A stretch of 63,937 bases of DNA, filler included, from Lenisia limosa (taxonomy: Eukaryota > Protista > Breviatea): assembly GCA_001655205.1 (NCBI GenBank). It is 10 parts of 10 records of this genome, joined end to end, with 100 filler letters (N's around TTAATTAATTAA, not from the genome) between each part and the next. Parts side by side here need not be neighbours in the genome. Positions count along the whole stretch, not along the records: positions 25,357 to 29,762 come from LPNZ01011134.1; positions 29,863 to 44,750 come from LPNZ01005741.1; 8 more parts are not named here. The stretch is one strand, 5' to 3'. Both the position numbers and the translations under genes were made by a program. Below the pieces are notes generated by a model. The model was given only the letters and a program-made list of their open reading frames with translations. It was not told the origin of the DNA and made no database searches. Below are positions 26,442 through 39,874 of the stretch, in pieces; within the stretch, counting starts at the first letter, position 1, and every line of letters starts with the position of its first letter.

Positions 26442-28340
26442 AATGAATTCTGTTTCTTGTACTCTGAGTTATAATGATGAGGAATTCAATTTTTGTTCTC
26501 TTCCGAGACAGTTTGTTAATCTATGGCAAGAGGTATGAGGATGTTAATTCGATGACACACAACTCAGATTTCCCCTTTAGTTCTTAATGTGGAGATTGCA
26601 AATCAGCCGTCATTTATCGTGGCATGGTCTGGAGGAGTCACATCAGATGGCTCTCTTGGCCTCCCACGGAGTCTTCCATTTCCTATTGTCTCAGGGGCAT
26701 CGGTTGGTCTTGTCTTTGCCCTCACCAACTTCAGGCAACAGTGACCCCAGTATTTGAACAGCCTCGTATACAGCGTCTCTTTATCTCTCCGGTTGGTTAT
26801 TTTTGGTTGCTTACGTTTCTGTCAGAAATCACACGCGGACAGTGAAATTGTTGAGTTGAACGCTTTGTTTTTCGAAGATTATCTTTTAAGTCAAGTAGGA
26901 GCGGAGAATGCAAAGAAGTAATGAAGAGAGGGAGGGAGTTGAAAAATAAGGAAGGGAAAAGCAGAATCTGAGTAAAGAGGGGAGATTATCAATCATATCA
27001 CTATACTGCGTGGAAAATGGAGTTTAGCAGTGAAAATGTCCTCAAAATATTGTGTTTGACTTTACAAACTTGAAATTGTTTACGACAGTCAATTTACGGT
27101 TTAGTGTCGTGTAGTAAACCTTCATCATGACCTCATTTTAACAATAGGAACCACGGCTTCTTCTTGGAAAATTGGTTTGCAGGAAGACGTACTTTTTTTG
27201 GATTTCGTGTTTGTTGTTCGTAATCAATCTCTTCTAGATAAAATAGAGCCCGAAAACTGCATATTGCTCACAAGAGAGACCGAGGTGATAGTTGCCGTGA
27301 ACTCTCGCGGATCTAGTTTGAGGATTGGAACTTTCATTTACTTCGCCGCAAGCGATGTTTCGGTTCTGACAGTCACAGGAAACCGGAGTATTGTGATTGA
27401 CCGAGTTGCCGCTCTTCCTTCCGAAGTAACTTACAGTCCTTCCCTCTCTCCCAGCCCCTTTACAACGAATGTCTCTTTCAAAGTGAGTTTGAGCGAGTTC
27501 GTTTTTCATCTCAAACGTCTCGATCTCATTTCAGATTAACACTGCAGAAAGACGCCGCCGCCACCTTTGCCCCCCCAACTTCCAATGATATTGATACTTC
27601 CCCTTTTGTTGCCTGGGCTCTTTTAGCTCCATCCACTATGGAGAAGCTCGCACTCAAGCCAGGGGATGTTGTCCAACTTTCATCTTTGGGAGGTTTGTTT
27701 CTCCTACTCCCTCCCCCCTTTGTCTTCAGGATTGTTAATGGTTGGACCATCTTGTTTATCCCTTCAGGTCAAACCCCTTTTACTCTAGAAGCTAAACCTC
27801 ATCAAAAAGTATGTTGTATGAACTTTTTTGAAAAATTGATGCTTATTATTCTATAAACATAGCTGTTTTTTGTTTTTTTATCTCCAGACTTCTTTTGTCC
27901 ATGCTTATGAAAGCACACGCGAAAAAGGCATTCTTATTGCACCTTCAATTCGAGACACGTTAGGATGCACTGCAGGTGACCAAATACAGTGGGCTTTCAG
28001 ATCACTTGTTTATGTCACTCTTCTCTATTTTCTCTTTCATCTTTGTGACTGTCAAGAGTTACATCTTAGGATGAACAACCCCAAACAAGACTCGTTGGTA
28101 TCAGGGTGGATTTCAGCTCAGATAGTCAAGTCTTGTGAACATGCTTCCCCTGCCCTTCCTGATAGTTCTATATTCTCAAAATGGTTTTTTGGTGAGTTTC
28201 TCTAACTCTGATTTCTCGAGTTACTTTTACAATTCTCCAGAGTGTGTAAATGTAATGGCGCTAACATTGCAGATAAAGTGGCCGACCTCCACCCCAAATC
28301 ATTACTACCGAGCGGTCTTGTAGTTCAGTGTCCACTATCC
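26442..28340 (+). CDS. PEX1: Peroxin PEX1, N-terminal (non-ATPase) region; AAA modules not seen on this scaffold
   Basis: Spliced reading MNSVSCTLSYNDEEFNFCSLPRQFVNLWQE / VLNVEIANQPSFIVAWSGG.. / ..QRLFISP / KSHADSEIVELNALFFEDYLLSQ / ..WFAGRRTFFGF.. / KIEPENCILLTRETEVIVA fits PEX1 N-domain motifs (NCFVxLP, xSWxG, PxxxDDWEILELxAxxLExxLLxQ, TExxVAP). The 3' extent is uncertain. Confidence 0.65.
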
Positions 28341-28996
28341 TCTCTTTATCCCCACCCTGCCAATGCCGAGGTTTTTGGAGTTTTCATATTCTTTCATAAT
28401 TTCAGTCGTCAAATAAAAGCAATTTTTTATTACTCCCCTCTAGTGTAATAGTCACGTCGGTTCAAAAAACGACCGAATTCTTGATAAAGCTTCGATAAAT
28501 ATTGATATTTTATTAGTCTTTTTCGAACTGAAGTGAAGCCCTAGTAATAGTGCTGTTTCATTTGTGCCCTTGCCTGTGTCATTGATGTGGCATCAGAGTT
28601 GATGGCTATTTCATTATTGACTTTAGCAGTCCGTTGTCAAAGTATTATTTTCTGTTGGTGTTGGAGTGATCTCGGAAGACGGACACGGAAGTAAGGGGCT
28701 TCTGGAATCCGACAGAATTTATCATATTCTTTTATGTTTAACCACCCCAGACCGATATGCTCTAGCAGGAGACGTGAATCCATCAAAATTCAAATTTGTG
28801 ATCTCTTCACCCCATGCCCCTCTTGGAACAATGGAGTTAGCAGGGGGGGTGGAGGGCTTGCTCTTCATTTTTATCCCAAAACAACAAAATGTTGTTCGAA
28901 TGAATTGCGCTTTTCCTGGCTGGAGGCCTGTGTTGCTTTCTCCCCATCCCATACTGTCAAATTAGAATTATATTCTAGATAATTATATGTGGGTCC

Positions 28997-29640
28997 TCAA
29001 AGCTCCGGACATCATTCAAAATTCCCGGACACATCAAAACTCCCGGACAGCTTGAAGTTGCTAGTGTTTTTTGAAAAAATGCTTCGACGGATACATAGAG
29101 AAATGGATCTCCTAATGTTCCCTAACTTTTTTTTTCAATTTTGAGCAAATGTCAAAAATCCGTGAATTTGGTCTCCCGGGGGTCCCCCTTTTGCCTTTTC
29201 ACAGGATTTTTTCTGAATCTTACCCTCTTTTAGTGTTAAGAAACAAAAATTTGTACCCCTCGGAGATATTGGTTCCGGGTTCCCATTTGCTTTGGCTATG
29301 TAATGGTGAATTTTGAGGAAAAAAATGCTAAAAATAGCACTGTCTACAGGGGTAAACTTTCCCGGATAGTTGCCATTTATTCCTTGTGACCTTTTATAAC
29401 GGTTTTTGCTTGTTTTTGACCGTTTTTGGACCGTAAATAGAGAGCTTAGGGACTTAATTTGGTTTTGACCCGATAATATGTTAAATTGGGGTTTCATTAT
29501 TTGATTAAGATTGAGAATACTTTCAAAAACAGAAGGGAAATAAGGTTTCTGGGTGGTTTATGGTGATTTTGTATGGAAAACTCAAGCTGTCCGGGAGTTT
29601 TGATGTGTCCGGGAATTTTGAATGATGTCCGGAGCTTTGA
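28997..29640. mobile_element. Non-autonomous DNA transposon, 644 bp, with 59-bp perfect terminal inverted repeats
   Basis: 28997-29055 (TCAAAGCTCCGGACATCATTCAAAATTCCCGGACACATCAAAACTCCCGGACAGCTTGA) is the exact reverse complement of 29582-29640. Each TIR holds three CCGGAC submotifs. No transposase motif is evident inside. Confidence 0.85.
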
Positions 29641-29862
29641 CTATACATATATGATTTAGGTGGGGGGACATGACCGTGTCCAGGGACATGACTGTGTCCA
29701 CTTTTTTTTTAATTTCTTCAAAAAAAACACTAATTCAATAAAGAATGTTGCGAAGGGGAAAGNNNNNNNNNNNNNNNNNNNNNNNNNNNNNNNNNNNNNN
29801 NNNNNNTTAATTAATTAANNNNNNNNNNNNNNNNNNNNNNNNNNNNNNNNNNNNNNNNNNNN

Positions 29863-32600
29863 TATTGTTGGAAACTACCCCCCCACAATGCCTTCCTCAA
29901 AAGTCTCCACCAAGACCCTGCTGCTGCATAGCGGTAGAATGGCTTTTGGGAATATGACTCTTCTCTCCGGCCTGCAATCGTGACTATCATTACTTCATTC
30001 ATGTCAACCATATCGCTGACAAATGTAGTGACCGGGATAGTCTTGACCCATCTTTCTTGGTCACTATCTGTACATAATATGTTTTAAAAAAAACTTCAAA
30101 ACAAAAAAAAAGTGACTGGTTCTACATGGTTGGCACAAGAGTTTAACACCCATCCCAACATAAAAATAGTTCAAGTAAATACTCAAAACAGCACTCTCAC
30201 CTTGCAGCAAAAAGCATATTGAAATGCTCGAGATTATTGGCCTCGTTCTAAGGGGTGAGGAGAGCCATGCCGCTGAAATGAAGAGCCCCACAAACAAGAA
30301 GGTCAGACTGGATGAACATAACTCTGCTGAACTCCTCAATTGACTCCGTCACGGCCATCCATCTGCAAGGTCAAACCAGGCACATCAAATTATCCAGGTC
30401 TATGCCCATTTCACATCTGGGTCTTTTGAAAATATTTTCCAATAGAGTCAATGTAATTTAACAACTTGATACGGGAGAGGGATAATCACCTGAGGGAAGG
30501 AAAAAGCGAAACTGCCATCTTTGAGAGGTAGAACGCTAAAGACAAGTCCAAAATCATGAGTTCCGACACCTGGATGGCGGGGGTCAGAGGAGGGGGGCCA
30601 ATTGCTGGGTGTATTTTGACATTTCATAAATTCAGAGGATATCAACGACCGCCTGAAAAACTAGACAAATAGGTTATGTTGGGAGAATGAATGCCAGCAG
30701 GAAACAAAAGGAGATTTTCGTTGCCTACATGGGGATGCAGGACCTTGACAGCAACTTGCTGGTTATTCCGCTTCAAAGTAGCTCGATAGACCTGAGCTGA
30801 TTAAATCAATGCTGGGCAATATTAGCCCATTGCTGCATCTGTGAAACATTCCCACAATCCCCGAATCTCCCGATATCTTGACTTATGCCGCTTTTTCGAA
30901 CCTGGCCGAGGGCACCAGAGCCAATCGGAGCTGGATCGAAAGCCGAAAACAGTGTGCCCATCTTCAGTCTATGGCAGTAAGGTGCTACCTTAAAAGTGTA
31001 CAAATTCGGTTTTCTTTTTATACTTCTTTAGTATATGATAGATTCATCTTCAAATTGAGAATTAACATTACAAGAACTTTGGTTTTTAAGCATCAAGTGT
31101 GGAATTTAGAGAATCTGCTGTAACAATAATTTCGTAGCAGTGTACCTGACTGCTAATCATAAGATACGCCCACCCCAAATCCTCCTCAATTGTAGGCCCA
31201 CCCCAAATCCTCCTCAATTGTAGCGACAGAGTGGCTGAAGTAATGGCGTGGCGCTGATATCTGGAGGATTATTGCGTGATACTATGATGCTGCTCCAACT
31301 GTGTCATTAAAGGGAGATGTAGGGTAAAGGAACACAAAACAAAGAATCCCGCCAAGAGAGCTCCCAGCGAACCTGTAGGTTCGCCAAAATATCGCATATT
31401 TCGCTGCAGAAGATATCCGGTCTGGTTGAAGCCCACTATGAAAATATAAGACAGAATTCGGGCTCGCGAACCACCAAAGAAAAACTTACCAATATTTTGT
31501 TTATATTCAGAACTTTCAGAATAAGCTGTTTCTTCACAATATTACTGCGTGTCTATAATACATCCGGCCGAAGCCGTCCACACCATAACGCTTATAAGAG
31601 ATATTGGATTAGAGTATACCAATAGTAATTCACCCTATCATTTGCCTTCCAACTCTTTGCACTCCACATCATGTTTATTTAACATACCTGGCCATATTTG
31701 ATTGCAGTGGGGCCTGCTATCTGCAGACATTTAATAAAGACTGCTCCCACAAATCTAAAGACTTAGGTTAATGCCAATATATACATGTACATATGTCACA
31801 CTGCAGTTCCAATCCAAATATTGATTAATATGAAAGAGAAAATTATACAATACTCTATGATACTTAAGTTGTCTAAATGCCAGAAAAAAGGCAGACCTTC
31901 TTGCGGGTGGGAGGAATCCGAGAGGAAGTACTACAGCAGCAGGCATCATAACCATTGCCAAGAATAGAAATCTGACGTGGAGTGAATATGTAATAGAGTG
32001 AAGAGGTGATGTGCTTTTGGTTGCGGCATACCAAGTCACACCCATCAGACCTTCTCACGAGTTTGGTACACAGAACAGCCCATTCTTTGAGTGACGTCGG
32101 GTGCGGCAGCATTGGCGCTGGTCTAAAGGAATAAATAATAGAATATTCACTTTCCTTGATAATACGACATTATCTTAGATGAAAAGGGAAACAATAATAG
32201 TTGCAGTATCAGTTTGATAGGCCATACAGAGTTTATTCTAGCAGTATTGATAGGCCATACACAGCTTATTCTATGTTTTGTTTTGTTCCAATGTTCCATT
32301 TTACTCCTCACATACGGTGGTAGCGGCGGCAATTCCGGGTTTTTGGTGCGCCAGACGTAGGCGACCGCTGCAGTTGCGAAGGGAACCATCACCATCCCCG
32401 AGACGAGGAGAAGGCCTTTCCGGTGGGCTGGGAAATGATTCGACTTATTAAAACTCCCAATCTCAAGACAAGTTAGAACATCTCCCAACCTCACCAGCAA
32501 GACACGTCAGAACATTGCGTTTGGCAACCACGCGACTCGAATACAGCCTCACACCTCCGAAAGTACGGGACAATCCGGATAACGGACCGGTTTTAATGGG
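29863..32600 (-). CDS. ADCK2: ABC1/UbiB family atypical kinase, ADCK2-like (3' truncated by scaffold end; start codon unresolved)
   Basis: Exons encode IAGPTAIKYGQ / WASTRPDIFCSEICDILANLQ / TLFSAFDPAPIGSGALGQ / VYRATLKRNNQQVAVKVLHP / ..EEFSRVMFIQSDL / NEANNLEHFN / VIFPKAILPLCSSRVLVETFE, which are hallmark ABC1 motifs. Confidence 0.85.
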
Positions 32601-33320
32601 ATGAAAGATAGAGAGGAGGCAGCTGGGTCGTAGCAGGAGGGGTTGGGGAGAAGATGGCTTGATGGGACTGTACCGTAAAGAGAGGGTGTAATAAAAGGAA
32701 TAAAATGGTAACACAATTTGGGGAGTGAGATAATACCATCCATAAAAACACAGTGTGATATAACATTGTTAATATAGACAGGATAATATCAAATGGACGC
32801 GAGATCCAATTGAAGAGTCATATTAAAACGAGAATAAGGGCAAAGATAATAATGAAAACAACCAAAAGTAATCCGTAATCCCACAAACCTTCTAAAAAGT
32901 GACAAAAAGCCTCTAAATACCGTCATTTTTGCTAATGACAGCACCAGCCTTAACTAGCGGTTGGTCCTCAGGACAAGGGGAAGGAATCTAAACTGATTCC
33001 CATTGTATCCTGTTTTGATGGAAGCATGAATGCAGCGTTCTCCGCTCCTCTGGGATTAATTAACACTAATTAGAATATACTGCTTTCCAGACGAAAGAGG
33101 GCAAGAGGGGTTTTCTTTCGTGCATTCAACCATTAAACATAGTGATGTCATGACGTCATTACATTGGTGCTTTTACTTTCTTCTTTCTTCCCAGTTTCTT
33201 CCTCTCAATTTATTATTTTGTATATTTAACGATAATTTAATATTCACCATTCATCCACTATTCATCCTTCAGAATCACCCATACACATATCCATTTACCT
33301 CACTTACTCTCTAACTCACT

Positions 33321-35296
33321 ATGAGTGCCACCCCGTCCGAACCCGGTCCATCCGAACCGCCCACCACAGGGGATAATGAGGATAGTGGTTATGAATGCAA
33401 CATCTGCTTCGACACGCCTGCCGAACCCGTGGTTGGTGGATAGCGGATTTTCAACAGTTTCAAATATGATGTCATCTTTTACAGCACATTGTATTGTACG
33501 TGCGGGGTGAAATATCGTTCATAATTTGGCTCTTTGATTTTTGGGTGTTATAAAATTTTGGGCGTTGTTCTTTTGTCGAATGAGTTTCGTGGATATTGCT
33601 GTTTCTAGGTTTATAGTTAGGTTACCTTTCATGTTGTGAGGTGAGAGGGCAAATCAGTGCATCATGCTGGTATTAAAATTTCCACATGTGTAATATTTCA
33701 TATTTCGAATGTAATGTAGACAGTGATTTATTGGCATTGAGCTACCACCAACCATATGTCACATTCTCAAGGGTTGCAGATAATAGTCTAAACCAAAACA
33801 GAGTCGTTCAAACATTTTTTGCCTGTCTTTGTGCAGAGCTGGAGGAAAATGGTTGGGTGCATTAATATTTTACTCTTATCCAATTACAGCGTGATGGTGT
33901 GAATCGGTCTGATATAATTTGTGTATTTCTTACTTCTATTGTGACATTCAGGTTACACGATGCGGGCATTTGTTTTGTTGGCCGTGTCTCCACAGGTCAG
34001 TGGGAAACATAGTGTGTAATAAAGTTCAGATCCACTTAATTTTTCAGAATAAGAAAATAGAGTACTCATGTGTCACTCAATTACTTTATGCTTTTCTTGA
34101 CTGTGATAAACGTTTGCATTCCAAAGTGCATTTTGACTAGCCTTTTAAATATCGAGGATTTATCGAGGGTCTTTTTGGGGCTGTATGGAAGCCTTAATTA
34201 TGAAACACCTAGATGGATGGCAGAAGCGGCTGATTGCCCCGTCTGTAAGGCTGGCGTAAAGAAGGATGAGGTCATACCCCTGTTTGCAAGAGAGTATGGG
34301 GGGGGGGATGCTGTAACTCAACATAGTGTTTTCTCATGATAATAATTTCACTTCAACAGAAAGCAAAATGCCAAGGCAAAGACAGACAAAGAAGACTCTG
34401 AGCGGCCAAAAGATATCCCAGCACGACCAACAGGGGAGAGGGCCCCGCCGCCACCACGACAACAGCAAGATGGCGTGAGTTGGGTCCGGAATATTTGCAT
34501 GGAACCTGAGGATATATTGATGATTATTCTCTGTTACGTAAATCAGGCGTCTGCTCTTTGTTTTAGTTGTGTATTCTTGTATATCTCAAAATTTGTTTTG
34601 TTTCTCCACCCAAAAAAGTTGACTTCGGATTTTTGTTTCATAATAGTTTCCATTTGACTCCTCTCCAGAACGGGCCGTTTGGAGGGCCTTGGCAGGCAGG
34701 TGGCGGCGGTGGCGGAGGGGGGTTCCACTTCCACTTTGGGATCTTCCCGTTTTCGCTCCTCCCAATGTTCGGACTGCTGATGGTTTGAGGGCTTTGTAGG
34801 GTTGGTCCAGGTATATCGTTTGTTTACTCTTGCTTTAAAATGGTGTAATTTGTTTTCATATTTCCAATTATCATATCAGACGGTCGAGGGTAATCATCCA
34901 TTATNNNNNNNNNNNNNNNNNNNNNNNNNNNNNNNNNNNNNNNNNNNNNNNNNNNNNNNNNNNNNNNNNNNNNNNNNNNNNNNNNNNNNNNNNNNNNNNN
35001 NNNNNNNATGGGGCATGCGGGTAAGATATGGTATATAATATCATATCATATTCTTATTCCACCCCCCATAGGAATTTGATAATTTTCTTCTCCTGCATTT
35101 TAAATATCACTGATATCCCCTCATTCCACCCCCTCCCCAGGGTAATGACCCCGGGCCGCGAGATGTTCCAGCCCCCAATGACCAGCAAAAGCGCACTGTC
35201 AGCAACTTGTTGGCTACGGCCGCAATCCTGGCGTTTCTCCTCTTATGGGCTCCAAGCCTGTTCAATGCTGACAACTACGACTTTGATCAATACTGA
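33321..35296 (+). CDS. RNF5: RING-HC E3 ubiquitin ligase, RNF5/RNF185 (RMA1)-like, C-terminally membrane anchored
   Basis: MSATPSEPGP..GYECNICFDTPAEPV / VTRCGHLFCWPCLH / RWMAEAADCPVCKAGVKKDEVIPLFAR / ..PKDIPARPTGERAP.. / ..GGGFHFHFGIFPFSLLPMFGLLM / ..NLLATAAILAFLLLW..DQY*. Confidence 0.9.
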
Positions 35297-35871
35297 CAGG
35301 ATTAGATTATTGATTTGAACTTCGATATTTCCAAGTTGGCCTTGGCCAAGTCCTTGTTATTCCGCTGATGTTACGTTTTATGTATTTCTGATAATTTTGA
35401 CACGACATTGGGTAAACTGGTAAATGCAGTATTCTAAAACTGAGAACACCTTTACTACTAAACAAATCGAAATAATTCTATCAGTTTGCAGATGATAACG
35501 TCTGATCTTAGTTCCAACCTTCAATGGTCCGCCTCCCCTCCTTAGGAAAAAAAAATAAAGGACCAATAATATAAATGGGAACCAATAGCTTTGTTGGATC
35601 TAAGTTAAATACCAAACTGTTGGATATCATAATTATATAATTTAAGCTAGGAGAAACAGATTCGGTGATATGATTTTCAAGGGGGACTCCAATTATGGTT
35701 TTTCAGATTTCGAATGTTCCTTTGTTTCAAATTTTGATTTTTGTTGTTACTTCTGAGCGGGTACTCGAGCTGGCCTCTACCCTGTTTCCGCAATGATCCC
35801 AGCTATAACCTAAACAAGAAAATCTATTGAACCAGGAACCATGAAATGAAATGCCAAAAACAGGGTTCAAG

Positions 35872-38800
35872 CTAGACTGTTTGGATGAAGTTCATGAAAG
35901 CATCACGGTTTTGGAGGGGAGTGGACTTAGGCCTCCCAAGGTCGTCGCTACGAGGTCAGCTTGTTGACTCGGAACAGGAGAGGAGGTGAGCTTGCTGAGT
36001 GACCCATATCGCGACTATCCCCCGTGTATATACTGAACATAATACTATTTCAGATAAATGGAGGTAGACCAAGTTCAGTTCGATCTTAACCAAAATTTCA
36101 GCATTCCGCCCAATCGTCCTCTCCAACACCCCCCTCCCCCTTGGCTTACCGGGCGCCGGAGTTGATACGGATCTCGAGCATTGCCGGCCCGTTGGTGGCC
36201 AAAAGGAAGTTCAGTTTAGCAACAATGTCGTCAGGGTCAGCCGCGGTCATAGCCGACTTGTAGCCTGTGGTGATTATTTACTGGGGGAACGTAATAAAAA
36301 TAATACTCCACTGAAGGGACCATCTTAACGTTTGGTTATGAATAATATGATATGGTTTAACAAAGCCCCAGGTACCTGAGGCCTTAGCGATGGCGCAGAA
36401 GTCCACGTCGAAGCCGGCTGAGGGCTGGCCGCCAACCTGGATCGTCAGGGGGGGGGGGGNNNNNNNNNNNNNNNNNNNNNNNNNNNNNNNNNNNNNNTGG
36501 CAATTATATCCCTAAAACAGATTTTTTGTTTTGTTTTTTTTAGATATTTTGAAAGCACATTAAAAAGTTGGAACGTTATTCCCCTCCGTCCCATTCATTA
36601 TTTGGTCAAACAGTAAAAAAAAGAAAAAAAAAACTATCATGATATTTGATATTAAACTCATAACGTCAGGCCAACAAACCCATCTCCTCATACACTTGCA
36701 AAAAAAGTTACCCACATGCCCTTGCAGAGTTACCCCACATACACTGTCATGACATCCGTTGTTGAGCAAGATGTGCTTGAAGTTCTTGCAGCTAAGCTGG
36801 CCGGCAGTGGTCAGAGCACCGAGGTGCATCAGAGCCGATCCATCTCCATCAAGGCACATGACTTGTCGGGTTGGCTACAGAGTGAGTACGGTTGGTCCTT
36901 GTCTTATAAATGTTTGACTGTTAAAATGGAATATTTGCATTTGAAGCATTGTAACTCAAGGGGTTCCATTATTAGCATAATACCCCCCCCCCCCACTCTG
37001 TTCATGGCAATTCCGAGTGCGNNNNNNNNNNNNNNNNNNNNNNNNNNNNNNNNNNNNNNNNNNNNNNNNNNNNNNNNNNNNNNNNNNNNNNNNNNNNNNN
37101 NNNNNNNNNNNNNNNNNNNNNNNNNNNNNNNNNNNNNNNNNNNNNNNNNNNNNNNNNNNNNNNNNNNNNNNNNNNNNNNNNNNNNNNNNNNNNNNNNNNA
37201 ATAGCTTGAGTAGTGGTTGGTGGCAATAGTAATCTTTCTTGGAATGAGAAAATGAAAAAAGACTTAAGTACTGGCTGAAATGACAAATACGACAAGGAAT
37301 TTCAGAGGCTACCTTGGAGTGGTCCTGGCCTTGGGATGCGCGGTATTCGTAAACCTCACGACTGCACTTGCCTAATTAGGTAAGCTCCCACCTCTTCCTG
37401 CCTCAAATAGAAATAATTCCTTTTTTTTAAAAAAAAATCCAGAGTCAAAACGTCCCCGCCCACCAGTAGTTGACACAATGATATCACGAAGGCCAACGTG
37501 TGACAGCACAACCTCAATCGCGCCCTCTCGGTTAAGGGGGAAAACAGGGACGTCTCTCTGGGTTGTCAGCTCATTTCAACAGACTCTTCAGCAAATATGA
37601 TAGACATAATCACGAAAAACTGAGGGATAGCAATAACAAGGGTGTGTATACAACAAAGATGAGCATCGTTACCAACCTTGGTGACAGATTTGTAGCCGCT
37701 GAAGGTATCGGGAGGAACAAGGAGAGTGAAGGGGTGGCTCTCATTCTTGATGCGCTGCAGAGACTCCACAGTAATCTGTAGAGGTTACTTCAGATATGAT
37801 ATAATATCTCATATCTCTGAGTTTACAGCAACCTATGCTGCTTAGATAACTGCTGATAAGGCGGGGGGGGGGGGGGNNNNNNNNNNNNNNNNNNNNNNNN
37901 NNNNNNNNNNNNNNNNNNNNNNNNNNNNNNNNNNNNNNNNNNNCTATTTTAAAGATTATGGTGATGAATGCATGCTATCAAAGCCCCCCCAGACATACAG
38001 CAATGGCTTTCTCCTCATCAGCGGGCAGAATAGCGTAAGGCATACGCACACCTTGGAGCATCTGAATTGTTAACAATGGGAATACACTCCAAACACAACT
38101 ACCCCAAGCATAGCCCCCCCCCCCCCCCCCNNNNNNNNNNNNNNNNNNNNNNNNNNNNNNNNNCTTCAGTCCAGGCATGCCTCTCCACCCAGCAATGATG
38201 AGCATGGGGATGCTGTACACTATATCGATGAGACAGAGATGTTCTTAAAAGAGAAGCTTGAGTGATGCCCAAAAATATCGCTGAGCATACCAGCGGGGTC
38301 ACAAAGCGAGAGAAGAGGGTTGATGGAGTTACCGAAGCCACTGTTCTGCATGTACACGACTGGCACTCTTCCGGTGGCCATATGTGCTCCCATAGCAAGG
38401 GACTGCGTTTGTTAGTAATGCGTTGTATGGGTTAAGAAGCGTTGCAAATGGTGCGGAATGAGAAGGGTGATAAAGGAGAAACACCAACCATAAACCCCAG
38501 GCTCACAATAGCGTTGCCTTCGTTGGCGGCAATGACGTGTTGCAGAGGACGTTTGTCGTAGAAGTCCGTGACGTAGGCACAGAAACTCTTGAGGAGCGAG
38601 TCAGGTACGCCGGTGAAGAAGTCCACACCTGGGGGGGGGGGTGAAGAAACCAAAACCCAGAATCAACAATGTGAAAAGAAACACCGAAAAATTAGCTCAA
38701 ATTACTCAAATCAAGAAGCACGCGAAAAGAGCACACGCGCACACATGCACAACCCAATGTAGAGCAGATAGGACAATGAGGTGAAAGGAAATTACGTATG

Positions 38801-39245
38801 ATAACTATTATTAAGGATATTTATCAAGAGCCAATAAATCTGGACCGGTTTTCAAGGTGAAATAAATATTAGCCGGATTAGACCTCACAACAGACACAAA
38901 AACGTAAAAATGCACCACATTTGATAATATGTGGGAATGTTATTGTTAAGTTCGTACTATCTATATAACCTATTAAATGCTACCCCGAGACTCGCATCTA
39001 TCCAATTACACAATTCCATAGCGTGGGAGTACAGCCAGTGTGCACCACACCCAGGCTATGCAACACACCTTCATCGATCAAGCCTCTATGGAATCGCTCA
39101 GGTGAGAGTGACTTGGTTCCGGAGGCAAAATTGGCCATTCTAACGAGGTTAGTTAACTGTGATGACTGGGAGAAGCGTACTGGGGAGCGGATTTGTGGAA
39201 CTGTTGAGAGGCTGTGGAAGAAGCGCGTACCAGAACTCTTCCCAT
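35872..39245 (-). CDS. aepY: Phosphonopyruvate decarboxylase (ThDP-dependent, Ppd/AepY-like), intron-containing, with N-terminal leader
   Basis: [31 protein letters not shown] / [33 protein letters not shown] / [17 protein letters not shown] / [14 protein letters not shown] / [24 protein letters not shown] / VGGQP / ..[24 protein letters not shown]. This is the fused single-chain form with the GDG..NN ThDP motif. Two small gaps lie inside the gene. Confidence 0.9.
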
Positions 39246-39874
39246 TTCAGGGAATATCCTTGATGATAATGATCTTACTGCGAGCATTGCGATTTTGGAT
39301 TAACAAAGTTCCGAAGTCGGTTCGGTTTACTCTTATAGTCTAACCCAAAGTCTCCAAGCGTTTAAAACAGATTGTTCACTGCCAACAAGGCGTGTGATAT
39401 TCAGAAAGAGGGAAAATGTTCAAATAAATTTGAATTTATTTGGGCAATCAAAAGCAATCATATTTAAGTTTACAAATTCCTCACAGGTCAGAACTTGCTT
39501 GCATGGCCTCAGGACAATTAATATAGATATAGATAAATAATCTGAAGCAGTTTACTGTTTTTGACGTACCTTTCTAATTGCTCCCACGTCCCACGCCCTT
39601 TCTACAGTCCTCGTCTCGTCCTCGTACATTGTGTATGAGGGAGAGTGTACCCAGATGGTTGTATGGGTTCATCACATAACCTACAATGGGAATTGGAATC
39701 GAAGATTATATATAATTGCAATGTCTCGAGGAAGATGGATACCAAGATAACCTCTCATTATCTGTACGTGATATCGTTTGTATTCAAGAAATTTTGCAAA
39801 ACACATCTGAAGAGGAATAAACGCCCTATCTGCGCACTGCACTGTATCAAAATAACTCGCAACCCAGTTCCACG

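Noticed and set aside
32800-33300. Possible ncRNA or CRE-like site (ATGACGTCAT, about 33150) in the ADCK2/RNF5 intergenic region
   Set aside because: It is a single short palindrome and no tRNA, snRNA or snoRNA structure could be supported.
29863-39245. ADCK2-RNF5-aepY as a functional gene cluster
   Set aside because: The functions are unrelated, there is no pepM or transaminase nearby, and this is ordinary eukaryotic neighbourhood.
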